A model generated the notes under the pieces. That model saw only the letters and a list, made by a program, of their open reading frames with translations, was not told the DNA's origin and did no database searches. Shown in pieces: positions 38,108-50,800 of a DNA stretch of 64,000 nucleotides. Each line of letters opens with the position of its first letter. Within the stretch, counting starts at the first letter, position 1. The position numbers and the translations under genes were made by a program. Source of the stretch: Malacoraja senta (lineage: Eukaryota); the NCBI GenBank assembly GCA_038087875.1, contig CM075989.1, positions 13,456,001-13,520,000 of the forward strand, read 5' to 3'.

Positions 38108-39224
38108 ATGACCTCTTGAGCGATGGATCAGCCAAGTGCCAGATTTTGACAGCTTTATACAAGGAGCCACAAAAAAAGTAATTGCGTGTGAGGTTCAGGT
38201 TAATATATTGTCGTGGGTCGGGAGTGGTTTTAGGATAGAGGGGCAGGGTAAGTGGGTCAGAAGAACATAAGAAACAGGAGCCGGGCTATCTACTCCTTCA
38301 AGCCAGCTCCACCATTCGCCAAGATCACGGCTGATCTTCCACTTCCAGCGTCACACAGCACTGTCCCCCACATCCCCTGTTTCCTGTCAGATCCACAAAT
38401 CTATCAACCCGTCTACTGAGTGAACAGTGAATGAATTCCACTGCCCATCAGGACAGAACATACCAAAGATTTCTTAGCTATTAAGTAGTTCCTCCTTACC
38501 TCCTTACCTCAGTAGTTGTTCCCTTATTCTTAAACTGTGCTCGCTGACCTTAGACAGTTCACACAGGGAAATAAATGTTCTTAAATCTAGACAGAGAAGC
38601 TGACCCAATCGGCTCACAGCACCATGGATCCAGCATTACCAATGTCCGATACATTCACAATAAGACTTCGTCTCTTGCAATCAAATCCTCTCATTGTAAT
38701 GACCAACATATCATTTGCTCTTCCAGGCACTCGTGTTGGCCTTCAGCGACTTGTGTAAAAGTACACCTGCGGCTCTCTAAACATCAATGTACCCACCCTC
38801 TTGCTGTTCAACAACTATGCACTTTTACTGCTTGGTGCAACAGACTCTCATTTTCTACATTATATTCCATCTGCCATGTCCTCACCCATTGCCTCAGCTT
38901 ATCCATGTCCTGTTTTACATTTTCCTTTCTACTCAATTATGCCTAGTTTAATATCACCAGCAAACATGGAAACATGACATTTGATCACCTCAGCCAATTA
39001 CTGATAGATTGTGAACAGCTGCATCCCGAGCAGCAACTCCTCTTGTACCCATTGGTCACAGCAGCCAACTTGATTTATCTATTTATTTATTACCACTCTT
39101 TGCTTTCTGTCCGACATTAATTTTCAATCCATTGCAGTACACCAACCTGTTTTCCTGCGTGTGGGACTTTATTGAAAACCTTCTGAAGATCCAAATTCAC
39201 CATATCTACTGGTATCCCCATCTC

Positions 39225-39495
39225 TATGGAGATACAGCGTGGAAACAGCCCCTTCAGCCCATTGAGTCCACGCCAACCAGCAATCACCCATGCACTGGTT
39301 CTACCCTACACATTAGGGGCAATTTTACAGAAGTAATTTAACATCTTTGGAATGTGGGAGGAAACCAGACACCCGGAGAAAACCACACAGTTACAGGGAC
39401 AACATACACACTCCGTACGGACAGCACCTTTTGTCAGGATTGAATGCAGGTATCTGGCACTGTAAGGCAGCAACTGCTGCTCCACTGTGCTGCCA
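39225..39495 (-). mobile_element. V-SINE copy
   Basis: ctttggaatgtgggaggaaacc core and tRNA-like head on the minus strand. Confidence 0.7.
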
Positions 39496-40930
39496 CAATA
39501 CTGCGAGTCACATCCACAAATAACTCCAATAGATTTATCTTTCACAAATCTCTTTATTCCTTTCTAATAGAATTTCCTTCTATTACCCATTTCTTTATAG
39601 ATTATATTATTGTCCCCACTGGCATTGGGCTGACAGATCCGTTTTCTCTAACTCCTTTCTTAAATAATGAGGTTAAATTTGTTCCACTCCAAACCACAGG
39701 AATAAGCCCAGAATCCACAGAATCTTGCAAGATGATAACAAGAGCAACCACTCCTCCATAGCTGCCTCTTGCTATCCCAAGCCCTGGGATATAGATCATT
39801 GGTCCTTGGGATTTTCAAGCTTACCAACTTCTGTGCTTGAAAGCTTTGGGTGTTTTCTTCCACAAAGACAAAATACTTGGTTAATTCCTCTGCCATGCCC
39901 CTAACTGTAAGGGCTAAATTTGTCCTTGCTGCTCTTTCCAACGCCTGCAAATTTACAACTTACCTACATTTTTGTCCAAATCATCTGCATATATCTGAAG
40001 AAGGGTCTCGACCCGAAATGTCACCCATTCCTTCTGTCCAGAGATGCTGCCTGTCCCGCTGAGTTATTCCAGCATTTTGTGTCTACCTTTGATTTAAACC
40101 AGTATCTGCAGTTCTTTCCTATACATATAAACAACAGAGGTCCTAGCATTGATCCCTGTGGAAAACTATTGGTCCGAGACCTCCAATCACTAACCTCTGT
40201 CTTCTTTGGTCAAGCCAATCTTGAATCCATTCTACCAAGTCTTCATGGCTCACATTTGTCTTAATCCTGTGGATCAGCCTATGATGAGGGACCTTGTCAC
40301 ACGTTTCATGAAAGTCCATGCTGATAACATCTATTGCTCTACCTTCAATGATCCTCATTAATTTCCCCCCAAAACCCAAACATTTACAAGTCATGACCTC
40401 CCCAGCACACAACTATCCTTTGATTTAACATCATCTTCAATTTCTCTTGTCAGGCACAAATGAATAACTTTTTCTTTTGAGATTTTATGCCTTAAGGAAA
40501 ATTTATTTTGCAACTTATGCACCACTTCTTTAAATGCCGCCCATTACCTGTCCTGCCTCGCACCTTTTGATGTGCTTTCCCAGTTAACTGCAGTTAACTT
40601 TCTTCTTATACTTTAATTTGTCTGGATTTCAGATGCTAGGTTCACATTAAAATTACATCACTTTTGAATTTAAGATCAAATTCTATATATTATGGTAATT
40701 CTTCCTCAAAAGCCCCTTGACAAGAAGGTAATTAATCAACGCTTTTGCATTGCATAAAGATGCTAAACAGCATCCCTGGTTGGTTCTTTAACATTTTGAT
40801 AAAGAAGCACAACTCATATACATTCCACACATTTATCTACCTCTTTATTACAACAAATTTGATTCACCTGTATTTGATTCACCGCCTCTACATGTAGGCC
40901 AGTCTCCCATGATGACCCCTGTTCCATGTA

Positions 40931-41189
40931 CAGTGCTGTCCATAATGTTTGGGACAAAGACCCATCATTTATTTATTTGCCTCTGTACTCCACAATTTGA
41001 GATTTGTATAAACACAGCTGTAATTTCTACATGGTGAAACGAAAATGTATAAAAATGGCCTTTATTAAAATCTGACAAAGTGCACTTTAACCACATGTGA
41101 TTTTTTTCTATTACAAATCTAAAATTGTGGCGTACAGAGGCAAATAAATAAATGATGGGTCTTTGTCCCAAACATTATGGAGGGCACTG
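40931..41189. mobile_element. Tc1/mariner-type MITE
   Basis: TA|CAGTGC...GCACTG|TA, ~75-bp terminal inverted repeats, TA target duplication; partial copy at ~46137..46196. Confidence 0.9.
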
Positions 41190-42451
41190 TACCTTGTTTG
41201 CAGAATGGCAATCATTAACTAAAAGAGTGCTGCAGGCTCCATACTTATGATCTACAGTGAACCCTTGGAATGAACGGACCAGAAGCCAAACTTGTTGATG
41301 ATACAAAGACAGATTTGCAAGTTGTGATGAGGATAGAAGAGCCTGAAAATTATAGATGGATTAAGTGACCAGGCAAGATGTTTCCGTAGAAAGTGACTCA
41401 GAAAAATGTTTCCGTAGAAAGGGATGCGGGATCTCCACAATGAAACACAAAATGTAAGAATGCAGATGCAGCAAGGAATCTGGAAGGCAAATAGAATGGT
41501 GGCCTTTGTTGCAAAAATGACATGGATTATAAAAGTTGCCAAGTTTCTGATGCAACTTTAAAGGGCACTGGTGACACTACACCTGGAATATTGGGGCACT
41601 GTTTCAGTCTGGGTTTTTTAGAAAGGGCGTGCTTATTTTGGAGGCAATGCAGATACCGTTCTCCAGGTCGATTCTTACAATGAAGGATGAAAGATTAAGC
41701 AGGTTGGGCCTACGGTATGGAAAAATGAGAGGGGATCTTATTTAAACAGGTAAGATTTGAAGGGGATTGACAGGGTGGATTCAGTGAGATTGTTCCCCCT
41801 GTGGGGGCATCTACAACTAAGATGCACAGATTCAGAATAAGGGTCACCCATTTCAGTAGATGCAGAGCAATTTCTCTTTTCATATCACTGTGACACTTCG
41901 GCATACTGCAAGTTTTGTGGGGACAGACAATGAATATCTTCAAGGTGGAAAGTACAGATGCCCCTTATTTCATGGAGTCGAAGGGTAGGGAGAGCAAGCA
42001 GGGAGGTAGAGTTGATGCCTTGATCTTACTGAAAGGTGGCGCAGTCAGAGGGGCTGACTTGCCTACACCTGGTCTGGTCATTGTTGTTCTAATGTACTGT
42101 TAACTGGAGTAACTGTACCTGGAAAAAAGCAGATGTGTGCAAGTTAACCTGTGGCTACTTGAGGTCAATGTGGAAATAAAACAGTCAACCATACAATGAG
42201 CTGTCTTCATTTCAAAATGATTTCTAATCAACAAAAAATGGGTCTGTTTTCTGAATTTCCTGCCTGGGATACAATCCATTGAGTGAAGCTAGACCAGGAC
42301 ATGGTGGAGTTTATCGCCAGTGCTGGAAACATTTTGGGCCGGGACTTTTGTTTTAAAATATGAATCAGTGGGCAGCAAAGGCTCATCCCAAATTAAGCAA
42401 GTTTCTGGGACATGACATTCTGCGATTACAAAGGGTACAAGTTCAAAGGCC

Positions 42452-42457
42452 TTTATT
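42452..42457 (-). promoter_or_regulatory. SLC27A2: Candidate polyadenylation signal of SLC27A2
   Basis: AATAAA on the minus strand (tttatt on plus), about 240 nt after the stop, in an AT-rich UTR. Confidence 0.45.
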
Positions 42458-42694
42458 TAATACATCCTTTAATTTTTTTTTATAACTATTTCTATTTTCC
42501 TATCTTTTTACAAGAAACATGAATCTCCATTATTATTGAAACATTTCATCTCATGTCCCACAAAATACCTGCACAATGATCTTTCATATATCACCTCAGA
42601 GTCAGGAAATACCTTTATACAAACCACTAGAATTAAAATAGAACCGAAAGCCAGTACCATTTACCTAACTGTCTGCGTTGGAGCAGTTCTACAG

Positions 42695-42871
42695 TTACAG
42701 TTTGATCTGGTTACTGATAATAGTTTGATAGGACTCTTGATCCATTGGAACATAAGCTTTTTTCTTGTCATCAAGGATGAAGAGGCTGTCGTGGACAACA
42801 TCCGGATTAAAACCTTCCTTAACCAGAGTCACTTTATAATATTTAAAGGTCCCTGTGGTTTCTATCGCTTT
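42695..42871 (-). CDS. SLC27A2: Very long-chain acyl-CoA synthetase / FATP2, last coding exon
   Basis: Minus-strand tttcag acceptor; KAIETTGTFKYYKVTLVKEGFNPDVVHDSLFILDDKKKAYVPMDQESYQTIISNQIKL then TAA. SLC27-family C-terminus; the A2 assignment relies on synteny with HDC. Confidence 0.88.
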   Translation of the reverse strand, partial: KAIETTGTFKYYKVTLVKEGFNPDVVHDSLFILDDKKKAYVPMDQESYQTIISNQIKL

Positions 42872-43594
42872 CTGAAAGAAAACAAAGTTGGTTACTGACA
42901 CTGCCCCACCAATATTTCTCACCCCAAACATCAACTTTACTGAGCCCCCAACCTGCTCCTGCAAACAGCCTTTGCCCAATATTGCCCCATCACCACTACC
43001 TCACACTCACTACCTTGTCTTTCCTCACTGCTTCCACCTCAGACCCTAATAAATACCAGAAACCCATCATCTCATAGGTCCCCACTCTCTTCCAGAGACC
43101 AATTTCCTCAGCCCCTTCTCCCCTGTCCCCCCCCAGACCAGTTCTCTCACCCTTCCCAGACCAGTTCCCTCGTCTCCCAGACCTGTTCCCCGCCTTACTG
43201 CATCACCTCCCACAAAAAGTTGTAGACACCTCCCAAAAAAAGTTGCAGACCGCCCACCCTCCCTGCTCATGCTGAAGGGACAAGACTCCGTCAGCATGGG
43301 GTCACCCAAGGGTAAAATGTGCAAAATAATGGCACAGTGCAAGGCTGGGTGGTTGAGGCAGGAACTATGGGCAGGGTGCTAGGTGCGGGGGGCCAGGACA
43401 GGCCTTCCCCATCAGTGTGAAAACATTCACAACCAAGTTAGAGTGTGTAGAGGGAGATGTGGGTTCCATCAGAGCAGATGAGAAATCACAACTGATTGGG
43501 GTAGAGAGGTAAGTGGGTGAGGACAGATGTGGGATGAATTGGGGGATGGGAGGGTAAATGGGGCATGCTGTGTGGGGATGAGATCTGGGTCAAT

Positions 43595-43710
43595 AGGGTG
43601 GGATGAGATGGGGTGAGTGGGTGTAAGCTGTGGGGATGAGATGGGGTGAGTGGGTGTAAGCTGTGGGGATGAGATGGGTGAGTGGGTGTAAGCTGTGGGG
43701 ATGAGATGGT
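43595..43710. repeat. ~32-bp tandem repeat (ggggatgagatggggtgagtgggtgtaagctgt) in the last SLC27A2 intron
   Basis: Three near-perfect units within a longer G-rich tract. Confidence 0.85.
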
Positions 43711-44297
43711 GGTGAGGGGTGGGCTGTGTGAGGATGAGATGGGGGCAAGCAGGGTGGGATAAAATAAGGGGGTGAGTTGGTGTAGCTGTAGGGATGATAT
43801 GGGGGTGAGTAGGGTGGGCTGTGGTGGGAAGGGTGAGTGGGCGGTCTGTTTCATGGAGCAGGTGCAGACAAGGAGGACCATATTCACTGGAGAGCTGTAA
43901 AGAACAGCACAGGGAATGAGGAATTGGGATGTGCATCCGACAGGGATGTGCAACTGGCAGGCATGGACATTGAATCAATGGTCACCATGGTGTCTTATTC
44001 CAGTGTACACACTATAATTTCTCCACCCCAAAAAAATCTATTGATGGAACCAGGTAGGGATAGAGCTTTTGGAACAAGCCAATTACTCCAACATGGCTGA
44101 GTTGCAACAAGGTGCATCCTGGGCTTCGGTGTTTCACCTCTGAGTGCACATGACTTGTAACCTACCGGTCACAGCATCAGTGACTGCTGCAGACCCAGAG
44201 CTCAGGTTGGGGGGGGGGGGGTGGGGGAGCAATCAAACCAAACCCCCACAGCACCACACAGAACCATCGAGGATCTTTGATGTTGACTGAAGCTCAC

Positions 44298-44428
44298 CTG
44301 CATCCTCACGAAACGTGGACGGGCATAAACCGGGAGGTTGGCTACCACATATTCATACAGCTGTTCTCCATCCATGTCCATCCCAGAATGCAGCTGGATG
44401 GCAGCCATCCCAATTCTCCCCTCATGCC
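44298..44428 (-). CDS. SLC27A2: SLC27A2 penultimate coding exon
   Basis: ctgcag acceptor; GHEGRIGMAAIQLHSGMDMDGEQLYEYVVANLPVYARPRFVRMQ; GTGAG donor; 131 nt, in frame with the last exon. Confidence 0.9.
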
Positions 44429-46207
44429 CTGCAGGGAAAGGGATTCATATAAGTGTTTGGTTATGGCACCAGAATAAACAACCTGAAGCAGAAACACCTC
44501 TGGAGAAGCCAAAGCTTATTAATTCCCACCCCTTATATAAACACCTATTTCCATATGTACACCAAATTATTTACAGTTGTCAAATGGTGCCATAACCAAA
44601 AACTAATCAAATGTTTGCAAAGCCATACAAAAAAAAGAGAAAAAAAGAAAAAGATAAAACCCTCCTGTACTGTACAGTATCTCTTAGTCAGACAGTTAAC
44701 CCATCACCCTTCCCAATACAATCAGTATAACAAATATCCCACTCAAAATCACCTATCCTCATCCCAATATCCTTTAAAAAAAGTGTTTTTGTACATCTTT
44801 TTAAACTGAATTATGTTTGTGCTAAGTTTTATCTCCTGTTCCAAACCATTCCACAAATTCACCCCGCAGATTGCTATGTACATACTTTTAAGAGTTGTTC
44901 TGACATTGAGTTTTTTAAAATTAAGTTCCCCTGTCCTATCAAATTAAATTTGATAGGAGTAGACACAAGGATCAGACACTGAACGCCAGCACCCAGTTGG
45001 TCTGGTCTGCCATGACAAAAATCAAAGGGCCTTCAGTTGCGATGGCGACCATCACTTTGTGTGCTATTGATTACGTCAGGAATCTGACGGATGGAAATTT
45101 GACTGGAAAGACTGGGCAAGTGGGCCTGGATTTGGAAGTGGACTCTTCAAGGACAAAATTAAGGGTACTTAATATTCACAGTATTCATCACAAGGCAGAG
45201 TGACATACATTTACACAACCTATGGTCATTACAGAAACATGCTGCAGGCTGACTGAAGTTGGGATCGAATATCCAAGGATCTTCGACATTTAGGAATGTC
45301 TGGCAAAAAACAATGCTGTTAATATGGAAAGAGGTCAGCAGAGTGGAGTGAAATGATCTTGGTTTGATAGATCATATTAAGTTAGGATGAGCTATGAAAA
45401 GGCAAATGGCAGATAACGTGAGTGAGTGTTATTCATAGTCCACCAGCTGGAATATTGGGTGTGGTGTAAATAAGCACATTAGTGTACGTGGAACAGGGCC
45501 CATACTGTAAATTATGAGACTTTAACCTAGATACTGCTGCAATAGATGAATTCATGATCTACACAAAGCTTTTTTCTGATCAATACCATGATGCACAAGA
45601 GAAAGAGCTATTTTGAATCTAGTTTTGTGCAATGAGATTGGGCTAATGGATAACTGTTGTCAGAGGGTCTTTGGAGGAGAATGATGACTATGATGGAACT
45701 TGGCCATGAGTTTGAAATTATGTAGTTCTGTGCAAAGCTACGGTTTTAATTCTAAATAAAGGAAAGATAAAGATACATGGGCGTGGTTGATTGGGGGAAC
45801 TCGGGGGGTTAGGAGATGGTGGGTGGGCAATTGTTAGCATTTCAAGAAATTATGCATGTTGCAAAAAAAAAAAACTTTTTTCGAGGCACAAAATCCCAGC
45901 AGGAGTTGTCCATCTGTATCTGATTAATTAAAAATAAAATTGCCATAAATAGCAGCAAGCCTGAGGATTGGAAGCAATTTAGAACTTGGCAAAAGAGATC
46001 TAAGAAAATTAATAAGAAAAGTAAAATAGAACACGAGGAGTCTGGTGAGAAACAAATATGCACTGCAAGAGCTCTTACAGCTACTTGAGAAGGAAAAGAT
46101 CAACAAGGGCAAATGAGGATGTTCACAGACAGACGTTGCCCTCCAGAATGTTTGGGACAAAGACCCATCATTTATTTATTTGCCTTTGTACTCCAACTCT
46201 ACCGCTC

Positions 46208-46432
46208 CATGGTGATGCAGCGGTAGAGTTGCCGCCTTATAGCGAATGCAGCGCCAGAGACCCGGGGTCGATCCTGACTACGGGTGCTGTCTGGACGGAG
46301 TTTGTACGTTCTCCCCGTGACCTGCGTGAGTTTTCTCTGAGATCTTCGGTTTCCTCCCACACTCCAAAGACGTACAGTTTTGTAGGTTAATAGGCTTGGT
46401 AAATGTAAAAACTGTCCACTAGTGGGTGTAGT
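46208..46432 (+). mobile_element. V-SINE copy
   Basis: gcagcggtagagttgc...cagcgccagagacccgggg and ggtttcctcccacactccaaagacgtac. Confidence 0.75.
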
Positions 46433-46520
46433 TGATAGAAACATAGACAATAGGTGCAGGAGGCCATTCGGCCCTTCGAGCCAGCACCGCCATTCATTGT
46501 GATCATGGCTGATCGTCCCC

Positions 46521-46720
46521 NNNNNNNNNNNNNNNNNNNNNNNNNNNNNNNNNNNNNNNNNNNNNNNNNNNNNNNNNNNNNNNNNNNNNNNNNNNNNNNN
46601 NNNNNNNNNNNNNNNNNNNNNNNNNNNNNNNNNNNNNNNNNNNNNNNNNNNNNNNNNNNNNNNNNNNNNNNNNNNNNNNNNNNNNNNNNNNNNNNNNNNN
46701 NNNNNNNNNNNNNNNNNNNN
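46521..46720. other. Assembly gap (200 N)
   Basis: Run of exactly 200 n. Confidence 1.
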
Positions 46721-48246
46721 GCATATTTTTTGGATAGATAGGGTGGATGTGATAGGCAGTGTGGGTGGAAGGGCTTGTTTCTGTGTTATGCAACACTGTG
46801 ACTCTGACAGACAAGAATGTGGGTGACCGTGGGGTACCACCTGAGAGAAACGGAAAGATGTGAAACATGGGGGATTTCAGGTTCATTTGTCTAAAACCTA
46901 TTGATCTGTGACTTAAAAGAATAATCACCGACTAAACATTTACAGCCTCAAAGACAGGAAATCCTGACATTTAACAACCCCTGCTGAACGATTATTTTCT
47001 AATCTCTTACCTAAATGCGGACCCTTTCTCCTGATACACACCCCCACTTCCAGGTTCTCCTTTCAGAGGTGGAATTTGATATCTCAGTGAGAGCATCTCT
47101 GTTATTCTGAACTAAGATGAATTTCGGAAGAAGGGTTTCGGCCAGAAACGTTTCCTATTTCCTTTGCTCCATAGATGCTGCTGCACCCGCTGAGTTTCTC
47201 CAGCATTTTTGTCTACCTGACCAATCTTACTCAATGATTAAAGGAATAGCAACAGGAACTCGCCACACATCTTTTTTGTGGAATAAATTAAGCATTCATT
47301 ATTTCGGTTGCATTTGGAAATAGCTCCTCATCTTCCATCTAGGCATGTTGTAGCCTTCTGGACCCAATGTCAAATTCTATAAATTCAGGTAACTCATTTC
47401 CTCTCTATATTTAAGAACTGGCCACTTCTACTACAGGTTGTCTATCTGCAATATTGACTCAGATATTCTCTCTCTAAGCATTTCCCACAAGAATAAAGAG
47501 AGGGAACACAGAAGGCGAGGCCAAAAGAGCCATCACGGTTTCTAATAGTATAAGAGAAGTGAAGAGAGTAGATAAAATATACCCTGGCCCCTCAGAAGAT
47601 GAGAATGAGGAATTAATGGGAAAGGGAGGCATGTCAGAGATACAAAATCATTATTTTGAATTCATCTTCACAGTGCAAGATACAAAGAACATTCCAATAA
47701 TAAAGAAACAAGAGTTGTAAGATGACCAGAGATTTAGAAATTCTTAAAACAATCAGCAGAATCAACATGGTTTTAAGAAGGGAACTTGCAACTGATTATT
47801 TCCTAGAGTTCTTTGAGGAAATTAGTAATTGCAGTGTAATGGGGGAAATGTGAGGTTATGTTATCTGGAAGAAAGAATGAAAAGGCATTTTTTAAATATA
47901 AAAGGAATGAAACATAGAAAAAAAAATAGGTGCAGGAGTAGGCCATTCGGCCCTTTGATATGACCATTCAATATGATCATGGCTGATCATCTAAAATCAG
48001 TATCCCGTTCCTGATTTTTTCCCAATATCCCTTGATTTCTTTAGCCCTAAGAGCTAAATTTAACTCTCTCTTGAAAACATCCAGTGAATTGGCCTCCACT
48101 GCCTTCTGTGGCAGAGAATTCCACAGATTCACAACTCTCTGGCTTGAAACTCTTAGCATGCACAACATATAGTTTGGAATAGAAATGGAATTTGCAAGGG
48201 CTAAGACCTAGTGCCGGTGAGACTGCACCTGGAGTACTGCCTGTGA

Positions 48247-50800
48247 TGTGCAGGAAGGAACTGCAGATGATGGTTTAAATCGAAGATAGACACAATATAG
48301 GAGTAACTCAGCGGGACAGGCAGCATCTCTGGAGAGAAGAAATAGGTGACGTCTCGGGTCGAGACCCTTCTTCAGACTGATGTAGGGGAGTGGGCGGTAC
48401 ATAGATAAGGAAATGTATAGATAAGGAAGTGTAAGGTGTGAAAACAGAACAAAGGGAATGTAGATCAAGGCAAATGTAGAATAGATCATTGTTGGTTGGG
48501 AGAAGGTAACATCAAAGCAAACAGAGATAAAATGTAGTCGGAGACAGTAAGACTGGTCGGAGAACTGGGAAGGGGGAGGGGATGTAGAGAGAGGGAAAGC
48601 AAGGGTTACTTGAAGTTAGAGAAGTCAATATTCATTCCGCTGAGGTGTAGGCTTCCCAAGCAAAATATGAGGTACTGTTCCTCTAATTTGTGCCGGGCCT
48701 CACTCAGACAATGGCGAAGGCCGAGGACAGAAACATCAGTGTGGGAATGGTGGGGGGGGGGGGAGTTAAAGTGTTGAGCAACCGAGAGATCTGGTAGGTT
48801 TAGGCAGACTGAGAGGAGGTGTTCAGTGAAGCAATCTCCGAGCCTGCGCTTAGTCTTGCCGATGCACAGGAGTTCACACCTGGAACAGCGGATACAGGAG
48901 ATGAGGTTGGAGGAGGTGCATGTGAACCTCTGCCTCACCCGAAAAGACTGTTGTGGTCCTTGGACGGAGTCGAGGGGGAGGTATAGGGACAGGTGTTGCA
49001 TCTCCTGCTGTTGCAGGGGAAAGTACCTGGGGAGGTGGTGGGGTGGGTGGGAAGGGACGAGTTGACTAGGAGGGAACGATCTCTGCGGAAAGGGGTGGCG
49101 ATGGGAAGATGTGGCTAGTGGTGGGATCCCATTGGAGGTGGCGAAAATGTCGGATTATGTGCTGTATGTGAAGGCTGATGGGTTGGAAGGTGAGGACAAG
49201 GGGGACTCTGTCCTTGTTACGAATGGGGGAAGGTGGAGCAAGAGTGGAGCTGCGGGATATTGAGGAGACCCTTGTGAGAGCCTCATCTATAATGGAAGAG
49301 GGGAACCCCCGTTTGCTAAAGAATTAGGACATCTCCGATGACCTGGTATGGAACACCTCATCCTGGGCGCAGATGCGGAGTAGACTGAGGAATTGGGAGT
49401 AGGGGATAGAGTCTTTACAGGAAGCAGGGTGGAAAGAAGTGTAGTCTAAATAGTTATGGGAGTCAGTGGGTTTGTAGTAGATGTCAGTTGATAGTTTGTC
49501 TCCTGTGATGGTGACGGTGAGATTAAGAAACGGTAGGGAGATGTCCAAGTGAATATGAGTGCAGGATGGAAATTAGTAGTAAAGTTAATTAAGTCAGTGA
49601 GTTCTGCATGGGTGCAGGAGGTAGCACCGATGCCGTCGTCAATGTAGCGGAGGTGGAGTTCAGGGATAGGGCCAGTGTACTCCTGGATCAGTGATTGTTC
49701 GACATACCCTACAAAGAGCAGGCATAGCTGGGGCCCAAGCCAGTGCCCATAGCTACGCCTTGGATTTGGAGGATGTGGGAGGAGTCGAAGGAGAAGTTGT
49801 TAAGGGTAAGGACCAGCACTGCTTGAAAAAGAGAAGAGTGTTAGTAGACGGCAATTGGCTGTTTCTGTGGTCGAGGGAGAAACAAAGGGCTTTAAGACCT
49901 TCCTGGTGTAGAGTGACTGAACATCCAGAATAAAGATGAGGTAGTGAGGGCCTGGAAAACGGAAGTCATCGAAGAGACGAAGAGCGCGTGAGGTGTCTTG
50001 GACATAGGTAGGGAGGGATTGGACAAGGGGGGATAGGATGGAGTCGAGGTATGTGGAAATTAATTCAGTGGGACATGAACAAGCAGAAACAATGTGTCTG
50101 CCAGGGCCATTCTGTTTGTGGATTTTGGGGAGAAGATAAAATCGGGCCGTGCGGGACTGGGGGAATGATAAGGCTTTGGAGGGCAGACAGCCAGAAGTAA
50201 TGAAATCTGGAATAGTGTGTCAGATTAAGGCCTGATGCTCGTCTGTGTTATCATGGTCCAAGGATATGTAGGAGGAGGTGTCTGAGAGTTGTCGCTTGGC
50301 CTCAGAAGTCAGCGCGCCAGACTACCATAGCACCTCCCTTGTCAGCGGGTTTGATTATAATGTTGGGTTTGCTGCAGAGTGAGCGGAGGCCTGTACGTTC
50401 AGAGGGGGAAAGATTAGAGTAGGTAAGGGGAGTGAAAAGGTTGAGATGGTTGATGTCATGCAGTTGGAAATAAAAAGGTCTAAAGTAGAGTAGAGGGCCA
50501 TCCGGGGGAATCCAAGAGGAGGGGGACCGGTGGAGATGGGAGAAGGGGTCAGCACTGGGTGGTGAGGACTCCTTCCCTTAAGGGAAGAAAAAGACACAGA
50601 GACGGAGGCGACGGGAAAAAAGCACTACATCATCCCGGGGAACTCGTTGAGTGTGGGGTCCGGGAGGGGAACAAAAGTGAGGACCTTTGTTTGAGGACAA
50701 GGACCATTCTGTATCGGGAAAGCAGGAGGGATGGTGAAACACAAGGGTGGGGGTTGGGTCGGTGGAGGGCAGGTGAGTAGACGAAGGCCGGGTTGGGGGA
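48247..50800 (-). mobile_element. Long degenerate Penelope-like element (RT + GIY-YIG endonuclease)
   Basis: [87 protein letters not shown]; 5' boundary uncertain. Confidence 0.88.

Noticed and set aside
38105..38270. Stop-codon readthrough or frameshift restoring the HDC tail
   Set aside because: An in-frame TGA follows four codons later, and the other frames are short with no recognisable tail motifs. The GTAAGT at ~38248 lies after the stop.
46199..46928. ORFs of 95-213 aa crossing the gap
   Set aside because: Artefacts of translating the N run.
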